The notes below the pieces were generated by a model. That model was not told the DNA's origin and made no database searches. It was given only the letters and a program-made list of their open reading frames with translations. From positions 3,905 to 67,904 of the forward strand of contig DAOUDG010000031.1 in NCBI GenBank assembly GCA_034431435.1: a stretch of 64,000 bases of DNA. Reading direction: 5' to 3'. Of the stretch, positions 42,000 to 52,038 are shown in pieces (the first letter of the stretch is position 1; each line of letters begins with the position of its first letter). A program made the position numbers and the translations under genes. Source of the stretch: Anaerolineae bacterium. Lineage in GTDB: Bacteria > Chloroflexota > Anaerolineae > Epilineales > JAHCIE01.

Positions 42000-43642
42000 C
42001 GGCGGCCGCGCAGGGTGCGGTAGCGGCGCATCAGGGTATTGGTGGAACTGTCGTGCTGGAGGTCAGGTGGGCTGGCGCTCGCCAACTCAGGGATGATGCG
42101 CGCCGCCAATACCTTGCCGAGTTCCACGCCCCACTGGTCAAACGCATCGATGTTCCAGATGACGCTTTGGGTAAAGACGCTGTGCTCGTACAGGGCGATC
42201 AGCGCGCCGAGAATCTCCGGCGTGAGCAGGTCGGCCAGGATGACGCTACTCGGCCGGTTGCCCTCGAACGTGCGATGGGGAACCAGCCAGTCCGGCGTGC
42301 CTTCCGCCTTGACCTCGTCGGCCGTCTTGCCAAAGGCCAGGGCCTCTGCCTGGGCAAAGATATTGGACATCAGGATGTCGTGGTGGTCACCCAGCGGGTT
42401 GAGGCTGTTGGCAAAGCCGATGAAGTCGCAGGGAACCAGCTTGGTTCCCTGGTGAATCAACTGGTAAAACGAGTGCTGCCCATTGGTCCCCGGCTCGCCC
42501 CAATAGATCGGCCCCGTCTGGTAATCGCGAATCGCTGCCCCGTCCAGCGTCACGTACTTGCCGTTGCTCTCCATCGTCAGTTGCTGCAAGTAGGCGGGGA
42601 AGCGCTTCAGATACTGGTCGTAGGGCAACACCGCCACCGTCTGCGCGCCAAAGAAATCGTTGTACCAGACGGCCAGCAGCCCCATCAGCGCCGGGAGATT
42701 CTGAGCCAACGGCGCGGTGCGGAAGTGCTCGTCCATGGCGTGGAAGCCCGCCAGCAGCGCGCGGAAGCCCTGCGGCCCGATCGCCAGCATGGTCGAGAGG
42801 CCGATGGCGGAGTCCATCGAGTAGCGGCCCCCCACCCAATCCCAGAAGCCAAACATGTTGGCCGTGTCGATGCCAAACCTGGCTACCTGCTCTGCATTGG
42901 TCGAGACGGCGACGAAGTGCCTGGCAATCGCCTGCTCGTCCTTGAGCGCGGCCAGCATCCAGCTGCGTGCGGTGTGGGCGTTGGTCATCGTCTCCAGGGT
43001 GGTGAAGGTCTTAGATGACACGATGAACAGCGTCTCAGCCGGGTTCAGGTCGTGGGTGGCCTCGGCGAAGTCCGTGCCATCCACGTTGGACACGAAGCGG
43101 AAGATTATGTCGCGCGCCGCGTAATGGCGCAGCGCCTCATACGCCATGACCGGGCCGAGGTCTGAGCCGCCGATGCCGATATTGACGACGTTGCGAATCG
43201 GTCGCCCCGTGTAGCCCATCCACTCGCCGCCACGCACGCTGTCGGCAAAGGCGGCCATGCGGTCCAGCACGGCATGCACCTCAGGCACGACATTCTTGCC
43301 ATCAACGACGATCTGGGCGTCGCGCGGCGCGCGCAGCGCCACGTGCAGCACGGCGCGATTCTCGGTAATGTTGATTCGGTCGCCCCGGAACATGGCGTCG
43401 CGGCGCGCTTCCAGGCCGCTCTCGCGGGCCAGGTCCACCAGCAACCGCAGCGTCTCGTCGGTGATGCGATGCTTGGAGTAGTCAAGATACAGGCCGGCCG
43501 CGTCTAGCGCCAGCCGCTCCCCGCGCTGGGGGTCCTGCGCGAACAACGTCTTGAGCTGGACATCCTTGATGGACTGGTAGTGAGCCGCTAACGCCCGCCA
43601 GGCGGGACGCTGGGTTACAGAAATATGGTCGGCCATAGCCAT
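41996..43642 (-). CDS. pgi: Glucose-6-phosphate isomerase
   Basis: 548 aa; GIGGSDLGP and other PGI signature regions. ATGA-coupled to pgl. Confidence 0.92.
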   Translation of the reverse strand: MAMADHISVTQRPAWRALAAHYQSIKDVQLKTLFAQDPQRGERLALDAAGLYLDYSKHRITDETLRLLVDLARESGLEARRDAMFRGDRINITENRAVLHVALRAPRDAQIVVDGKNVVPEVHAVLDRMAAFADSVRGGEWMGYTGRPIRNVVNIGIGGSDLGPVMAYEALRHYAARDIIFRFVSNVDGTDFAEATHDLNPAETLFIVSSKTFTTLETMTNAHTARSWMLAALKDEQAIARHFVAVSTNAEQVARFGIDTANMFGFWDWVGGRYSMDSAIGLSTMLAIGPQGFRALLAGFHAMDEHFRTAPLAQNLPALMGLLAVWYNDFFGAQTVAVLPYDQYLKRFPAYLQQLTMESNGKYVTLDGAAIRDYQTGPIYWGEPGTNGQHSFYQLIHQGTKLVPCDFIGFANSLNPLGDHHDILMSNIFAQAEALAFGKTADEVKAEGTPDWLVPHRTFEGNRPSSVILADLLTPEILGALIALYEHSVFTQSVIWNIDAFDQWGVELGKVLAARIIPELASASPPDLQHDSSTNTLMRRYRTLRGRR

Positions 43643-43771
43643 CAGACTCCTCCCCTTCGTGGGCGACCGCGCCGCCGGTGCGCCATGCGCCCGGCGACCA
43701 GATTATAGCACAACGCGCGCCCAGACCAGGGAGCGTTGGCCAGTATCGGCCTCACGCCTCTGGATGCGGAG

Positions 43772-45412
43772 TTAGCCCGTGCCGGCGCCGCTCGGCGTCG
43801 GTAGCGCCGCCGCTGGCTCGTCGCCTGTCGCGCGGGTCGGCAGCCGTCGCACGTACCACAACGCCAGCAGGGCAAACAGAGCAATAGAGGCGAACGCCGC
43901 CTTGAGCGCGGCGATCTGGGCGTTGGCGTACTCCGTGACAATGGCGTCCACCTGGGCGGGGCTGAGGCCCGCCGCCTCGGCGCTCGCTTGCACCTGCGCC
44001 GTGCTGACAAAGTTGGCGTTCTTCTCGGCCGCCGCGGCGATCTCGCTGCTCACGTCGGCCAGAGCCGGGTCTGCCAGCACGGCCGTCTGGAAGTTGGTCA
44101 CCAGCGACGCGATGAGAATCGAGCCGACAAGAGCCGTTCCCAGCGATGCGCCCAGGTTTTGGGCCGTCCCTTGCAGGCCGCCAGCCTCACTCCCTCGTTC
44201 GGGCGCGACCGACGACATGATGACGTTGCCTAGCTGCGAGGCCAGCAAGCCCAGCCCCGCACCCACCAGCGCCAGCGCTATAGCAAAGCCCGTCGACTGC
44301 AAGTTCGGCCCCGTAAAGGCGATGAGCAACACCTCACCGATCAGCATGCCGACGAGGCCAATCTCGACAATGCGCTTCGGAGAATAGCGCGCCGCCAGCG
44401 ACGCGCCCAGCAGCGCGAAGAAGAACAGGCCCATCGACAGCGGCAGGATCGTGATGCCGGTTTGCAGCGAGTCGTAGCCGAGCACCGTCTGCAAATAGAG
44501 CGGCAGCACGAAGAACGTGCTCATGATGATGAACTGCTGGCAGAGCAGTGTGGTCAGGCCCGCCCGCAGGCGCGGGATGCCCAGCAGGCGCACATCGAGC
44601 AGCGGTTCCTTGCCCGCTTCTATCAACGACTCCTCGCGGCGGGCGAACAACGCCATCAGGATGAGGCCGACCACGATGAGCCAGAAGACGGGAGACAGCC
44701 CCAACGGGGTGAACGGGGCAGCGGCCTTGGGCGTGATCCAACCCCACTGGCTGGAGCGCAGGATGCCGAAGACGGCCAGGCCCAGGCCCGCCGCCGACAG
44801 GAACGCGCCACCCAGGTCGAGCCGGCCGTGCCGCCCCGCCGTCGCGGGGATGGCGCGCAGGAATAGCATCAGCGCCAGCACGACGACCGTCTCCGTAGCA
44901 AAGACCAGCCGCCAGGTGTAGTTGGCCGTCACCCAGCCACCAATCAGCGGGCCAAGCGCCGCCGATGCGCCGCTGACGCCACCCAGGATACCGTAAGCCA
45001 GGGCGCGCTGGCGGCCCGCATAGGTAGCCGCCGTCAGGGCGGCGATGGCCGGGATGACCAGCACCGCGCCCAACCCCTCCACGAACGACCATCCGACAAT
45101 CAACACGCCCAGCGTCGGCGACAGCGCCGTGATCAGCGAGCCGGTGCCGTAGACCAGCAGGCCAACGGCATAGGCGCGCTTGGCTCCCCAGCGGTCACCA
45201 AGCTTGCCACCAATCAGCATAAAGGCCGCCATCACCAGGGTATAGAGGGTGATAGCCGTCTGCAAGCCGACGACGGTCGTGTTGAGGTCCTCGACGATCT
45301 GGGAGATCGACACGTTCATCACAGTCGTGTCGAGGACCATGATAAACTGCGCCGCCGCCAGCATGGCGATGACGCCCCAGCCCGCCTTCTTCTCTGCTGC
45401 ATTGGTTGCCAT
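43772..45412 (-). CDS. MFS transporter, DHA2 (EmrB/QacA, 14-TMS) family
   Basis: 546 aa, ~14 hydrophobic segments; motif A-like GGKLGDRWGAKR. Confidence 0.85.
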   Translation of the reverse strand: MATNAAEKKAGWGVIAMLAAAQFIMVLDTTVMNVSISQIVEDLNTTVVGLQTAITLYTLVMAAFMLIGGKLGDRWGAKRAYAVGLLVYGTGSLITALSPTLGVLIVGWSFVEGLGAVLVIPAIAALTAATYAGRQRALAYGILGGVSGASAALGPLIGGWVTANYTWRLVFATETVVVLALMLFLRAIPATAGRHGRLDLGGAFLSAAGLGLAVFGILRSSQWGWITPKAAAPFTPLGLSPVFWLIVVGLILMALFARREESLIEAGKEPLLDVRLLGIPRLRAGLTTLLCQQFIIMSTFFVLPLYLQTVLGYDSLQTGITILPLSMGLFFFALLGASLAARYSPKRIVEIGLVGMLIGEVLLIAFTGPNLQSTGFAIALALVGAGLGLLASQLGNVIMSSVAPERGSEAGGLQGTAQNLGASLGTALVGSILIASLVTNFQTAVLADPALADVSSEIAAAAEKNANFVSTAQVQASAEAAGLSPAQVDAIVTEYANAQIAALKAAFASIALFALLALWYVRRLPTRATGDEPAAALPTPSGAGTG

Positions 45413-45624
45413 AGTTCAGCGCCTTCATGCTCTGTCGCCCAGCCGGCCTCGCGGCCCTCACGGCGCCGACGATGGAGCAGGCGCTCCTGTGCCAGTACGT
45501 CTTTGAACTGCTGGTCAGGCTCAGGCCACAGAGTCGTTGTCTATATCTCGCCCTGGCAGGGCGGCCAGGCAGCCTTCAGCGCGGCGTAGCCTCCAACGCC
45601 CCCGGCAGGTGCAACCATCGGTAC

Positions 45625-46410
45625 TCAGGGGCCGTTCGGATCCGCTGCCATCCATGTCTGCAGATCGGCCAGGGGCTGCTGCGAAACAACGAGAGAGCCA
45701 GCTTGCGGGCGATCAAGCTCGACGATTAGCATAATCACCAGGGAGAACGAGAGGGCCAGGAAGAAGGTGGCCCAGGTCCGCCGCGAGCCGGCGATGGCGG
45801 TCTGGTATCCCACCCCGATCATGCTGAGTATGATGAGGGCAATGAGTACCAGCCAGACGGTGGGAGGAATCCGCGCTTGAAGGCCGATGGCCACCCTCAA
45901 TGCTTGCAGATTGGTCACCTCGTTGAGCGATTCAATATAGAGAGCGGCCACGTCGGAGTTCATATCCTGGCGCGCATTGGCGACCGCCATGTCCCATAGA
46001 CGTCGTTGGGTCTGGTCCGCCCTGACAAGGGCTTTCGAGACCTGATCGAGATCACCGCTCTGAACAGCAGCCAGGCGATTGGCCACATATTCGCGGAGCA
46101 GCGTCTTCGCTTCGTTGCGATCCGGCTGCGGGAGGAACTCGGACCGCGCATAGGCCGTCCGAAGCGCGTTGGCTTCATCGCGCACGAGGGCCTTGCGCGT
46201 GTCAAACCGATCGGACACGATCGCGAAGGTAAAGGCCAGAATGAACGCCAGCAAGCCCAGGGTAGTACCCGAGATGGCCGAGACCGGCGATTCCTTCTCA
46301 TCCTCGGTGCGGTCGCGGATACGCCGGCCGCCCCGATAGCCCACCTCAATCGCAATCATCACCGCGGCAACTGAGAGTGCGAAAATGGCCCATGCAGGTG
46401 CGCTGTCCAT
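45625..46410 (-). CDS. DUF4239-family integral membrane protein (paralog of 4860..5648)
   Basis: 261 aa, same architecture as the first copy (TM, helical soluble region, TM pair). Confidence 0.5.
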   Translation of the reverse strand: MDSAPAWAIFALSVAAVMIAIEVGYRGGRRIRDRTEDEKESPVSAISGTTLGLLAFILAFTFAIVSDRFDTRKALVRDEANALRTAYARSEFLPQPDRNEAKTLLREYVANRLAAVQSGDLDQVSKALVRADQTQRRLWDMAVANARQDMNSDVAALYIESLNEVTNLQALRVAIGLQARIPPTVWLVLIALIILSMIGVGYQTAIAGSRRTWATFFLALSFSLVIMLIVELDRPQAGSLVVSQQPLADLQTWMAADPNGP

Positions 46411-46633
46411 ACTGATTCAGATCTCCTACGCAGGGACTGGCGCTGCTATCGTTGGCAAGACCCTGATTCGCAGCCAGCCCATCGGTCCTTCGCCACGGCA
46501 GCCGGCCGTCGAGCAGTCTGGCCTGGCTGGCCATAACTACTCGACGGCCTGACGCCTCCTTACGCATTCACAGCTGGCGGGGCGAGAGATTGCGTCACGG
46601 GGAGCGACGCGGCGTCTCTGACCCAACGGGCAG

Positions 46634-46933
46634 CTAGTAGCCGGTGTAGCCCGGCACGCGCTTGCGGCCATAGCCGCCGGTGTAGCTGGCAATGTCAGCG
46701 AAGACCGCCAGACCCAGCCACAACCAGTCCCAGCCGACAACCCCACCAGGCGCGACGAGGACGTACATCAGAGTCGTCCAGGGAAGGAAGATGAGACCCG
46801 CTACCGGCCATAGCCACCAGACGATGGGCCAGCCATTGAAGGCCAGCTGCCACACAACGGGCTGGAACAGCCACCACAGCGCGCCGACAATGCGCGGGCC
46901 GAGCAACACAAGGGCCAGGAAGAAGCAACACAT
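46634..46933 (-). CDS. Small Trp-rich membrane protein (hypothetical)
   Basis: 99 aa, 2-3 TM helices, ~14 Trp residues. Co-directional and downstream of the P-type ATPase gene. Confidence 0.4.
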   Translation of the reverse strand: MCCFFLALVLLGPRIVGALWWLFQPVVWQLAFNGWPIVWWLWPVAGLIFLPWTTLMYVLVAPGGVVGWDWLWLGLAVFADIASYTGGYGRKRVPGYTGY

Positions 46934-46982
46934 AGCCAGTCTCCTTTTCAGGTGTCAGTAGGATGAGTTCTCGAATCCGTTT

Positions 46983-47222
46983 CTATGCACTTCCTGGCGG
47001 CGCGCCTCCTTTCTTCTGTTCGCGGGCCTGGGCGCGTCGCTCGCTCCACGAGACGGCAGCGAAGAAGCCAAACACCGCGCCCGCGCCCGCGCCGACCAGC
47101 ATGACGGCCGTGCCAATCAGTGTGAAGCCCAACTGCCAGAGCAGCAAGCCAATCAGGAATCCCACGGCCGCACCCAGGAACGCCCCCACGACCCCCACGA
47201 GACTCAGACGACATCCGCCCAT
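46983..47222 (-). CDS. Small glycine-zipper membrane protein (hypothetical)
   Basis: 79 aa, two TM helices rich in GxxxG/A motifs. 48 nt downstream of the ATPase stop. Confidence 0.4.
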   Translation of the reverse strand: MGGCRLSLVGVVGAFLGAAVGFLIGLLLWQLGFTLIGTAVMLVGAGAGAVFGFFAAVSWSERRAQAREQKKGGAPPGSA

Positions 47223-47270
47223 GTTACTGCTCCTCCCGTGAGTCTCAACGCCGGCGCATCGATTGTTGCG

Positions 47271-50102
47271 CTACCTGGCGGGGCCAGGCGCGGCCGCGAC
47301 CTGACTCGCCTGGGCCGCAGCCGAACGCCGCCGCCGGCGCAGGAAGAACTTGATGACTTCGTCGATGAGCAGCAAGACAAAGGCGAACACAATGCACACC
47401 AGCCAGTGCGTCAGATTGAGCCCGGTCAGGCCCAGGGCGCGCTGCAGGAAGCCGATCACTGTGGGCGCCAGGGTCGCCAGGAGCGCCAGGCCGTACAGCT
47501 GGAGCTGCCGCCGGTCGCCCAGCGTATCGCGGTCGAACGCCGACTCGGTTTCGCTCCGGCAGCTCAGGCCGATAACAATGTTGAACAGGGAGAAGGCCAC
47601 ATAGGCCATCGTCGCCGCCAGGGCTACCCCGCCGGGCGTGTAGGAGGCTTGCAGGAACAACGTACCAAAGGCCATCAGCAGCCCGATGAAGATGATGCGC
47701 ACCCACTGCGACCGCGATAGCACCGGCTGAGCCAGCGGCCGCGGCTTGCGCTCCATCAGCCCCGGCGATGGCTTGTCGAAGCCCAGCGCCACGGCGATCG
47801 GAACCTGCACCAGGAAGTTGATCCACAGGATGACGAACGGCGCGAAGGGAATGCCGTTGGCGATGGCAAAGAACGCCGCCCCCAGGAAGGTGGCGATGAA
47901 CGCCACCAACGCCGTCATCTGGAAGCGGATGTACTTGGTCAGGTTGTCGTACAGGGCGCGGCCATACTCTACCGCCTTGACGATGGTGGCGAAGTTGTCG
48001 TCGGTGAGAATCATCACCGCCGCCTCCTTCGACACCTCGGTGCCGGTGATACCCATCGCCACACCGATGTCAGCCTTCTTGAGGGCGGGCGCGTCGTTGA
48101 CCCCATCGCCCGTCATCGCCACGATGTTGCTCTGCTTCTGGAGCATGGTCACCAGGCGAATCTTGTCCTCCGGCGCGACGCGCGCCACCACCCCAATATC
48201 GGGTAGCTCCTTCATCAGCTCATCGTCGCTCATGGCGGCGAATTCCGCGCCCGTCAGCGCCTTGCCCTCGATACCCAACTCGTGACCGATGGCCGCCGCC
48301 GTGACGGCATGGTCGCCGGTGATCATGCGCACCTGGATGCCGGCGCTGTGGCACTTGGCGATGGCGTCCTTCGCCTCGGCGCGTGGCGGGTCCACGATGC
48401 CCACCATCGCCATCAGCGTCAGGTTCTTGATCTGGCTGATCAGGTCGCTCTTGGCGTCGAAAGTCTGGGGGTCAAAGTCACGCCGCCCCACCACCATGAC
48501 GCGCATGCCGCCCTGGGCGAGGGATGCGTTGCCTTCCAGGGCCAACTGGCGATTCTCGTCGGTGACTGCGGCGGACTGGCCGCCGGGCAACCAATACGAA
48601 CCGGCGCGGCTGATAAGAACGTCGGGCGCGCCCTTGACGAAGCAGCGCACCACGGGCTGGCCCTGCTCGTTGGTCATGTTGTGGAAGGTCGCCATGAACT
48701 TGTATTCGGAGTCGAAGGGAACCTCGGCGACGCGGGGGTACATCTGTCGTGCGCCGCTCACGCTGATACCGCCCTTTTCGGCCAGCACGATGAGCGCGCC
48801 TTCGGTGGGATCGCCGATGAGGGTGTCGCCGTCCAGGCGGGCATCGGCGCATAGGGCCATGGGCAGCAGCACCGCGTCAAGATCGACCTTTGCCCCGCCC
48901 GCGCTCAGGATTTGCCCCTCGGTGGTGTAGGCGGCCGCGCCCTTCTGCCAGGGTTGGGCCGCTGGGGCGGCGCCCATGGCGACCCGCTCCAGTTGGCCCT
49001 GGGTGCTGTAGCCCTCGCCCGTGATCTTGAAGCGGTTCCGACCGGGGACGATCAGCTCGCGGGCGGTCATCTTGTTGAGAGTCAGGGTGCCAGTCTTGTC
49101 GGAGCAGATGGCCGACACCGAGCCGAGGGTCTCCACCGACGGCAGGCGCTTGACGATGGCATTCTGGCTGGCCAACACCCGCGTGCCCATGGAGTACAGG
49201 GTGGTGACAACGGCGGGCATGCCGGTGGGGATGGCCGAGATGGCGAGGGCGATACCGGCGATGAAGATGGTGTTGAAGTCCTGGCCGTTACGCAGACCCA
49301 TGAAGATCATCAGGATGAACGCCAGACCCGCCAGGCCGGCGATGATCAGGGTCAGGCGGTCGAGTTGCTTCTGCAGGGGGGTCTTGTCGGCCTCGGTCTT
49401 ATTGAGCAGGTCGGCAATGTGCCCCATCTCCGTGCCCATGCCGGTCGTCGTGACGATCATCTCGCCACGCCCGCGGGTGACAGAGGTGTTCATGAAGGCC
49501 ATGTTCACGCGGTCACCCAGGGCCACCTCCGGCTTGGTGATGGGCGCGGTATCCTTGAGCGTGGCGACGCTCTCGCCGGTCAGCGCCGCCTCCTCGATCT
49601 CCAGGGTCGCCGCGATGAACAGGCGGCCGTCGGCGGGCACGCGGTTGCCGGCCTCCATCAGGACAACGTCGCCGGGCACGAGACCCTCGGCTTCGATCTC
49701 GATGGCCTCCCCGTCGCGGCGGACGCGGGCGATATTCTTGAGCATCTTTTCGAGGGCCGAGAGGCTGGCCTCGGCCTTGGCTTCCTGACGTAGGCCCAGC
49801 ACAGCGTTGAAGATGGTCAACAGGACCAGAACCAGGGTCGTGCCCAGATCGCGGGTAAAGACGAAGCTGAGGATAGCAGCGACGATGAGGATGATCTGCA
49901 TGAAGTCGCGATACTGGCGCAGGAAAGCCTTCCAACCAGGTTCCTTCTGCTTGGTGGCGAGCAGGTTGGGGCCATACTGCTGAAGGCGGGCCTGGGCCTC
50001 GGCCGCGCTCAAGCCCTTCGCCGGATCGACGCCCAGGGCTTGCGCCACCTGGTCTGGCGACTGCGCATACCACGCGGGTTGAGTTCCTGACGGTTCAGCC
50101 AT
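47271..50102 (-). CDS. Cation-transporting P-type ATPase (type IIA/IIB, Ca2+/Mg2+-like)
   Basis: 943 aa; phosphorylation motif ICSDKTGTLT, TGES, MITGDH, GDGVNDAPALKKADIGVAMG hinge motif, 10 TM. Confidence 0.9.
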   Translation of the reverse strand: MAEPSGTQPAWYAQSPDQVAQALGVDPAKGLSAAEAQARLQQYGPNLLATKQKEPGWKAFLRQYRDFMQIILIVAAILSFVFTRDLGTTLVLVLLTIFNAVLGLRQEAKAEASLSALEKMLKNIARVRRDGEAIEIEAEGLVPGDVVLMEAGNRVPADGRLFIAATLEIEEAALTGESVATLKDTAPITKPEVALGDRVNMAFMNTSVTRGRGEMIVTTTGMGTEMGHIADLLNKTEADKTPLQKQLDRLTLIIAGLAGLAFILMIFMGLRNGQDFNTIFIAGIALAISAIPTGMPAVVTTLYSMGTRVLASQNAIVKRLPSVETLGSVSAICSDKTGTLTLNKMTARELIVPGRNRFKITGEGYSTQGQLERVAMGAAPAAQPWQKGAAAYTTEGQILSAGGAKVDLDAVLLPMALCADARLDGDTLIGDPTEGALIVLAEKGGISVSGARQMYPRVAEVPFDSEYKFMATFHNMTNEQGQPVVRCFVKGAPDVLISRAGSYWLPGGQSAAVTDENRQLALEGNASLAQGGMRVMVVGRRDFDPQTFDAKSDLISQIKNLTLMAMVGIVDPPRAEAKDAIAKCHSAGIQVRMITGDHAVTAAAIGHELGIEGKALTGAEFAAMSDDELMKELPDIGVVARVAPEDKIRLVTMLQKQSNIVAMTGDGVNDAPALKKADIGVAMGITGTEVSKEAAVMILTDDNFATIVKAVEYGRALYDNLTKYIRFQMTALVAFIATFLGAAFFAIANGIPFAPFVILWINFLVQVPIAVALGFDKPSPGLMERKPRPLAQPVLSRSQWVRIIFIGLLMAFGTLFLQASYTPGGVALAATMAYVAFSLFNIVIGLSCRSETESAFDRDTLGDRRQLQLYGLALLATLAPTVIGFLQRALGLTGLNLTHWLVCIVFAFVLLLIDEVIKFFLRRRRRSAAAQASQVAAAPGPAR

Positions 50103-50132
50103 AAGATGAGTCCTTCCTCTAGGAAAACATCG

Positions 50133-50852
50133 TCACTGGACACTGGACAGCACAGCAGCGACCAGAAAGCCCAGTACGGTCACGAGACCTACCAGCTTGC
50201 CGCCATGCTCGAAGGCCTCCGGCATCATGGCATCCGCCAACATGGTCAGCATCGCGCCAGCGGCGAAGGCTTGAGCCAGGCGGCCGTCGACGCCAGGCAG
50301 CCGGGTTACGACACCATAGCCAAGCCCCGCACCCAGGGCCGAGACCAGGACGAGCATCAGCCACATCCAGAAAATTCTGCGCTGCGAGTACCCTACTCCT
50401 TCGAGGTTGAGCGACCCCGCCATGCCTTCGGGGAGGTTGGAGATGAAGACCGACACCAGAAAAGCGACGTTGATAGCGCCACCCAGCGCGAGTCCCATCC
50501 CCAGGACAAGCGACTCGGGCACGTTGTCGAGGAGGGTACCGATGAAGATGGCTGTGCCAGACCCGCCGCTTTGCTCAGCGGTGATGTCCTTGCGCCTCGC
50601 TCCCCCTCGGCTATCGACGACCCAGTCGCCCACGAAGAAGGTGAGCGCGCCCAGCGCGAAGGCGACGGCCCCCACCCAGCCCGGCGCCGACGACTCCGGA
50701 ATCAACTCATAGGCGATGGCGCTGATCAGCGCGCCCGCGCCGAGGCCCATGATCAGCCCAATGGTGCGATTCGAGGGGGCGCGCAGCGCGAGAAGATACC
50801 CGATCAGCAGTGATGCGGCCGCCAGCCCGCCCCACCACGTCGCCGCGATCAT
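50133..50852 (-). CDS. ZIP-family divalent metal (zinc/iron) transporter
   Basis: 239 aa, 8 TM; ZIP-typical His/Glu-containing TM helices (AYELIPE, NLPEGMAGS). Confidence 0.8.
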   Translation of the reverse strand: MIAATWWGGLAAASLLIGYLLALRAPSNRTIGLIMGLGAGALISAIAYELIPESSAPGWVGAVAFALGALTFFVGDWVVDSRGGARRKDITAEQSGGSGTAIFIGTLLDNVPESLVLGMGLALGGAINVAFLVSVFISNLPEGMAGSLNLEGVGYSQRRIFWMWLMLVLVSALGAGLGYGVVTRLPGVDGRLAQAFAAGAMLTMLADAMMPEAFEHGGKLVGLVTVLGFLVAAVLSSVQ

Positions 50853-50890
50853 AGGCTGCCTCCGGCCGGGTTGGGGGCGCTGCGTCCACC

Positions 50891-51763
50891 CTAGTACTTC
50901 TCCGGAATGCGGCGGAAGGGATAATCAGGCTCCACGTAGTCGCCGCGCGGCTGACGCTTGGGTAGCTTCACCTTCTCGCGCGGAATCTCGTAGTAAGGGA
51001 CGAGGCTCAGGAAGTGAGAAATGCAGTTGAGGCGACCTCGCCGCTGGTCATGCGAATCCACCACCCACCACGGCGATTCGGGTGTGTCGGTGGCCGCGAA
51101 CATCTCGTCGCGCGCGCGCGAATAGTCGTACCACCGCCGATGACTCTCGAGGTCCATCGGGCTGAGCTTCCAGATCTTGCGGTAGTCGTTGATGCGCTCC
51201 TCAAACCGCTCGGTCTGGTCCTCCATCGTCTCTTCCAGCCAGTATTTGACCAGAACGACCCCCGAGGCGATGATAGCACGCTCCACGGGCGGCGTGAACT
51301 TCAAGAACGCCGCCACCTGTTCCTCCGTCGCGTAGCCCATGACGCGCTCGACGCCAGCCCGATTGTACCAGCTTCGGTCAAAGAGTACAATCTCGCCGGC
51401 GGCCGGGAGATGGGGCAGATAGCGCTGGATGTACATCTGCGACTTCTCCCGCTCGGTCGGCGACGGGAGCGCCACCACGCGGAAGACACGCGGGCTGGTG
51501 CGCTCGGTGATGCGCTTGATGATACCACCCTTGCCCGCCGCATCGCGCCCCTCGAACAGCACGCAGATCTTGGCCCCCGTGGCCTTGACCCACTCCTGCA
51601 GCTTGACAAGCTCGATCTGGAGCTTTTCCAGCTCGGCCTCGAACTCCTTGCGGCTCAGCTTGGGCTTGGGTTCCGTCGCTCCCGCCTCGGCCGCCGGCGC
51701 CACGCCTACCGCCGCCGAGCCATCGCCCTTCGACTTGCGCTTCTTAGCCTTCTTGCCTGCCAT
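50891..51763 (-). CDS. Polyphosphate kinase 2 (PPK2, class I-like)
   Basis: ATG at 51763 with AGGAGG 5 nt upstream (the track ORF opens further up with a GTG). FEGRDAAGKGG Walker A and PPK2 lid motifs; basic Lys-rich N-tail. Confidence 0.85.
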   Translation of the reverse strand: MAGKKAKKRKSKGDGSAAVGVAPAAEAGATEPKPKLSRKEFEAELEKLQIELVKLQEWVKATGAKICVLFEGRDAAGKGGIIKRITERTSPRVFRVVALPSPTEREKSQMYIQRYLPHLPAAGEIVLFDRSWYNRAGVERVMGYATEEQVAAFLKFTPPVERAIIASGVVLVKYWLEETMEDQTERFEERINDYRKIWKLSPMDLESHRRWYDYSRARDEMFAATDTPESPWWVVDSHDQRRGRLNCISHFLSLVPYYEIPREKVKLPKRQPRGDYVEPDYPFRRIPEKY

Positions 51764-52038
51764 ACAGCCTCCTGTGCCGGTTGGGTGAGTCGATTGCTCC
51801 CAGCCTGGCGCGATGCGCGGTACGCATGCGTCGGCTCGCTGTATACTAGTCGCCACCGTCCCCCACTGCATCACCCTTCCCGGTCCATTACTGGGCCATT
51901 GTAGCACATTCTCCAATTATGCCAACTCGATGTCGGCAAGCTGCGATGAGTGGGTGGTTGAGGTAGCCCCGACGTGCCCACGAGCGTGGGCCTTCCCAGG
52001 GGGGGAGAGGGGCCATCGTGGCCGCGCGTTGGCGCTGG

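Noticed and set aside
42053-43018. 321-aa plus-strand ORF antisense to pgi
   Set aside because: pgi on the minus strand is unambiguous; the plus-strand translation is low complexity.
48912-49793. 293-aa and 255-aa plus-strand ORFs inside the P-type ATPase gene region
   Set aside because: Antisense to a gene with all P-type ATPase signature motifs; Gly/Arg/Asp-rich with no motifs.
51014-51904. 296-aa plus-strand ORF antisense to PPK2
   Set aside because: PPK2 on the minus strand has a Walker A and an AGGAGG-positioned start; the antisense product is Arg/Leu-rich low complexity.
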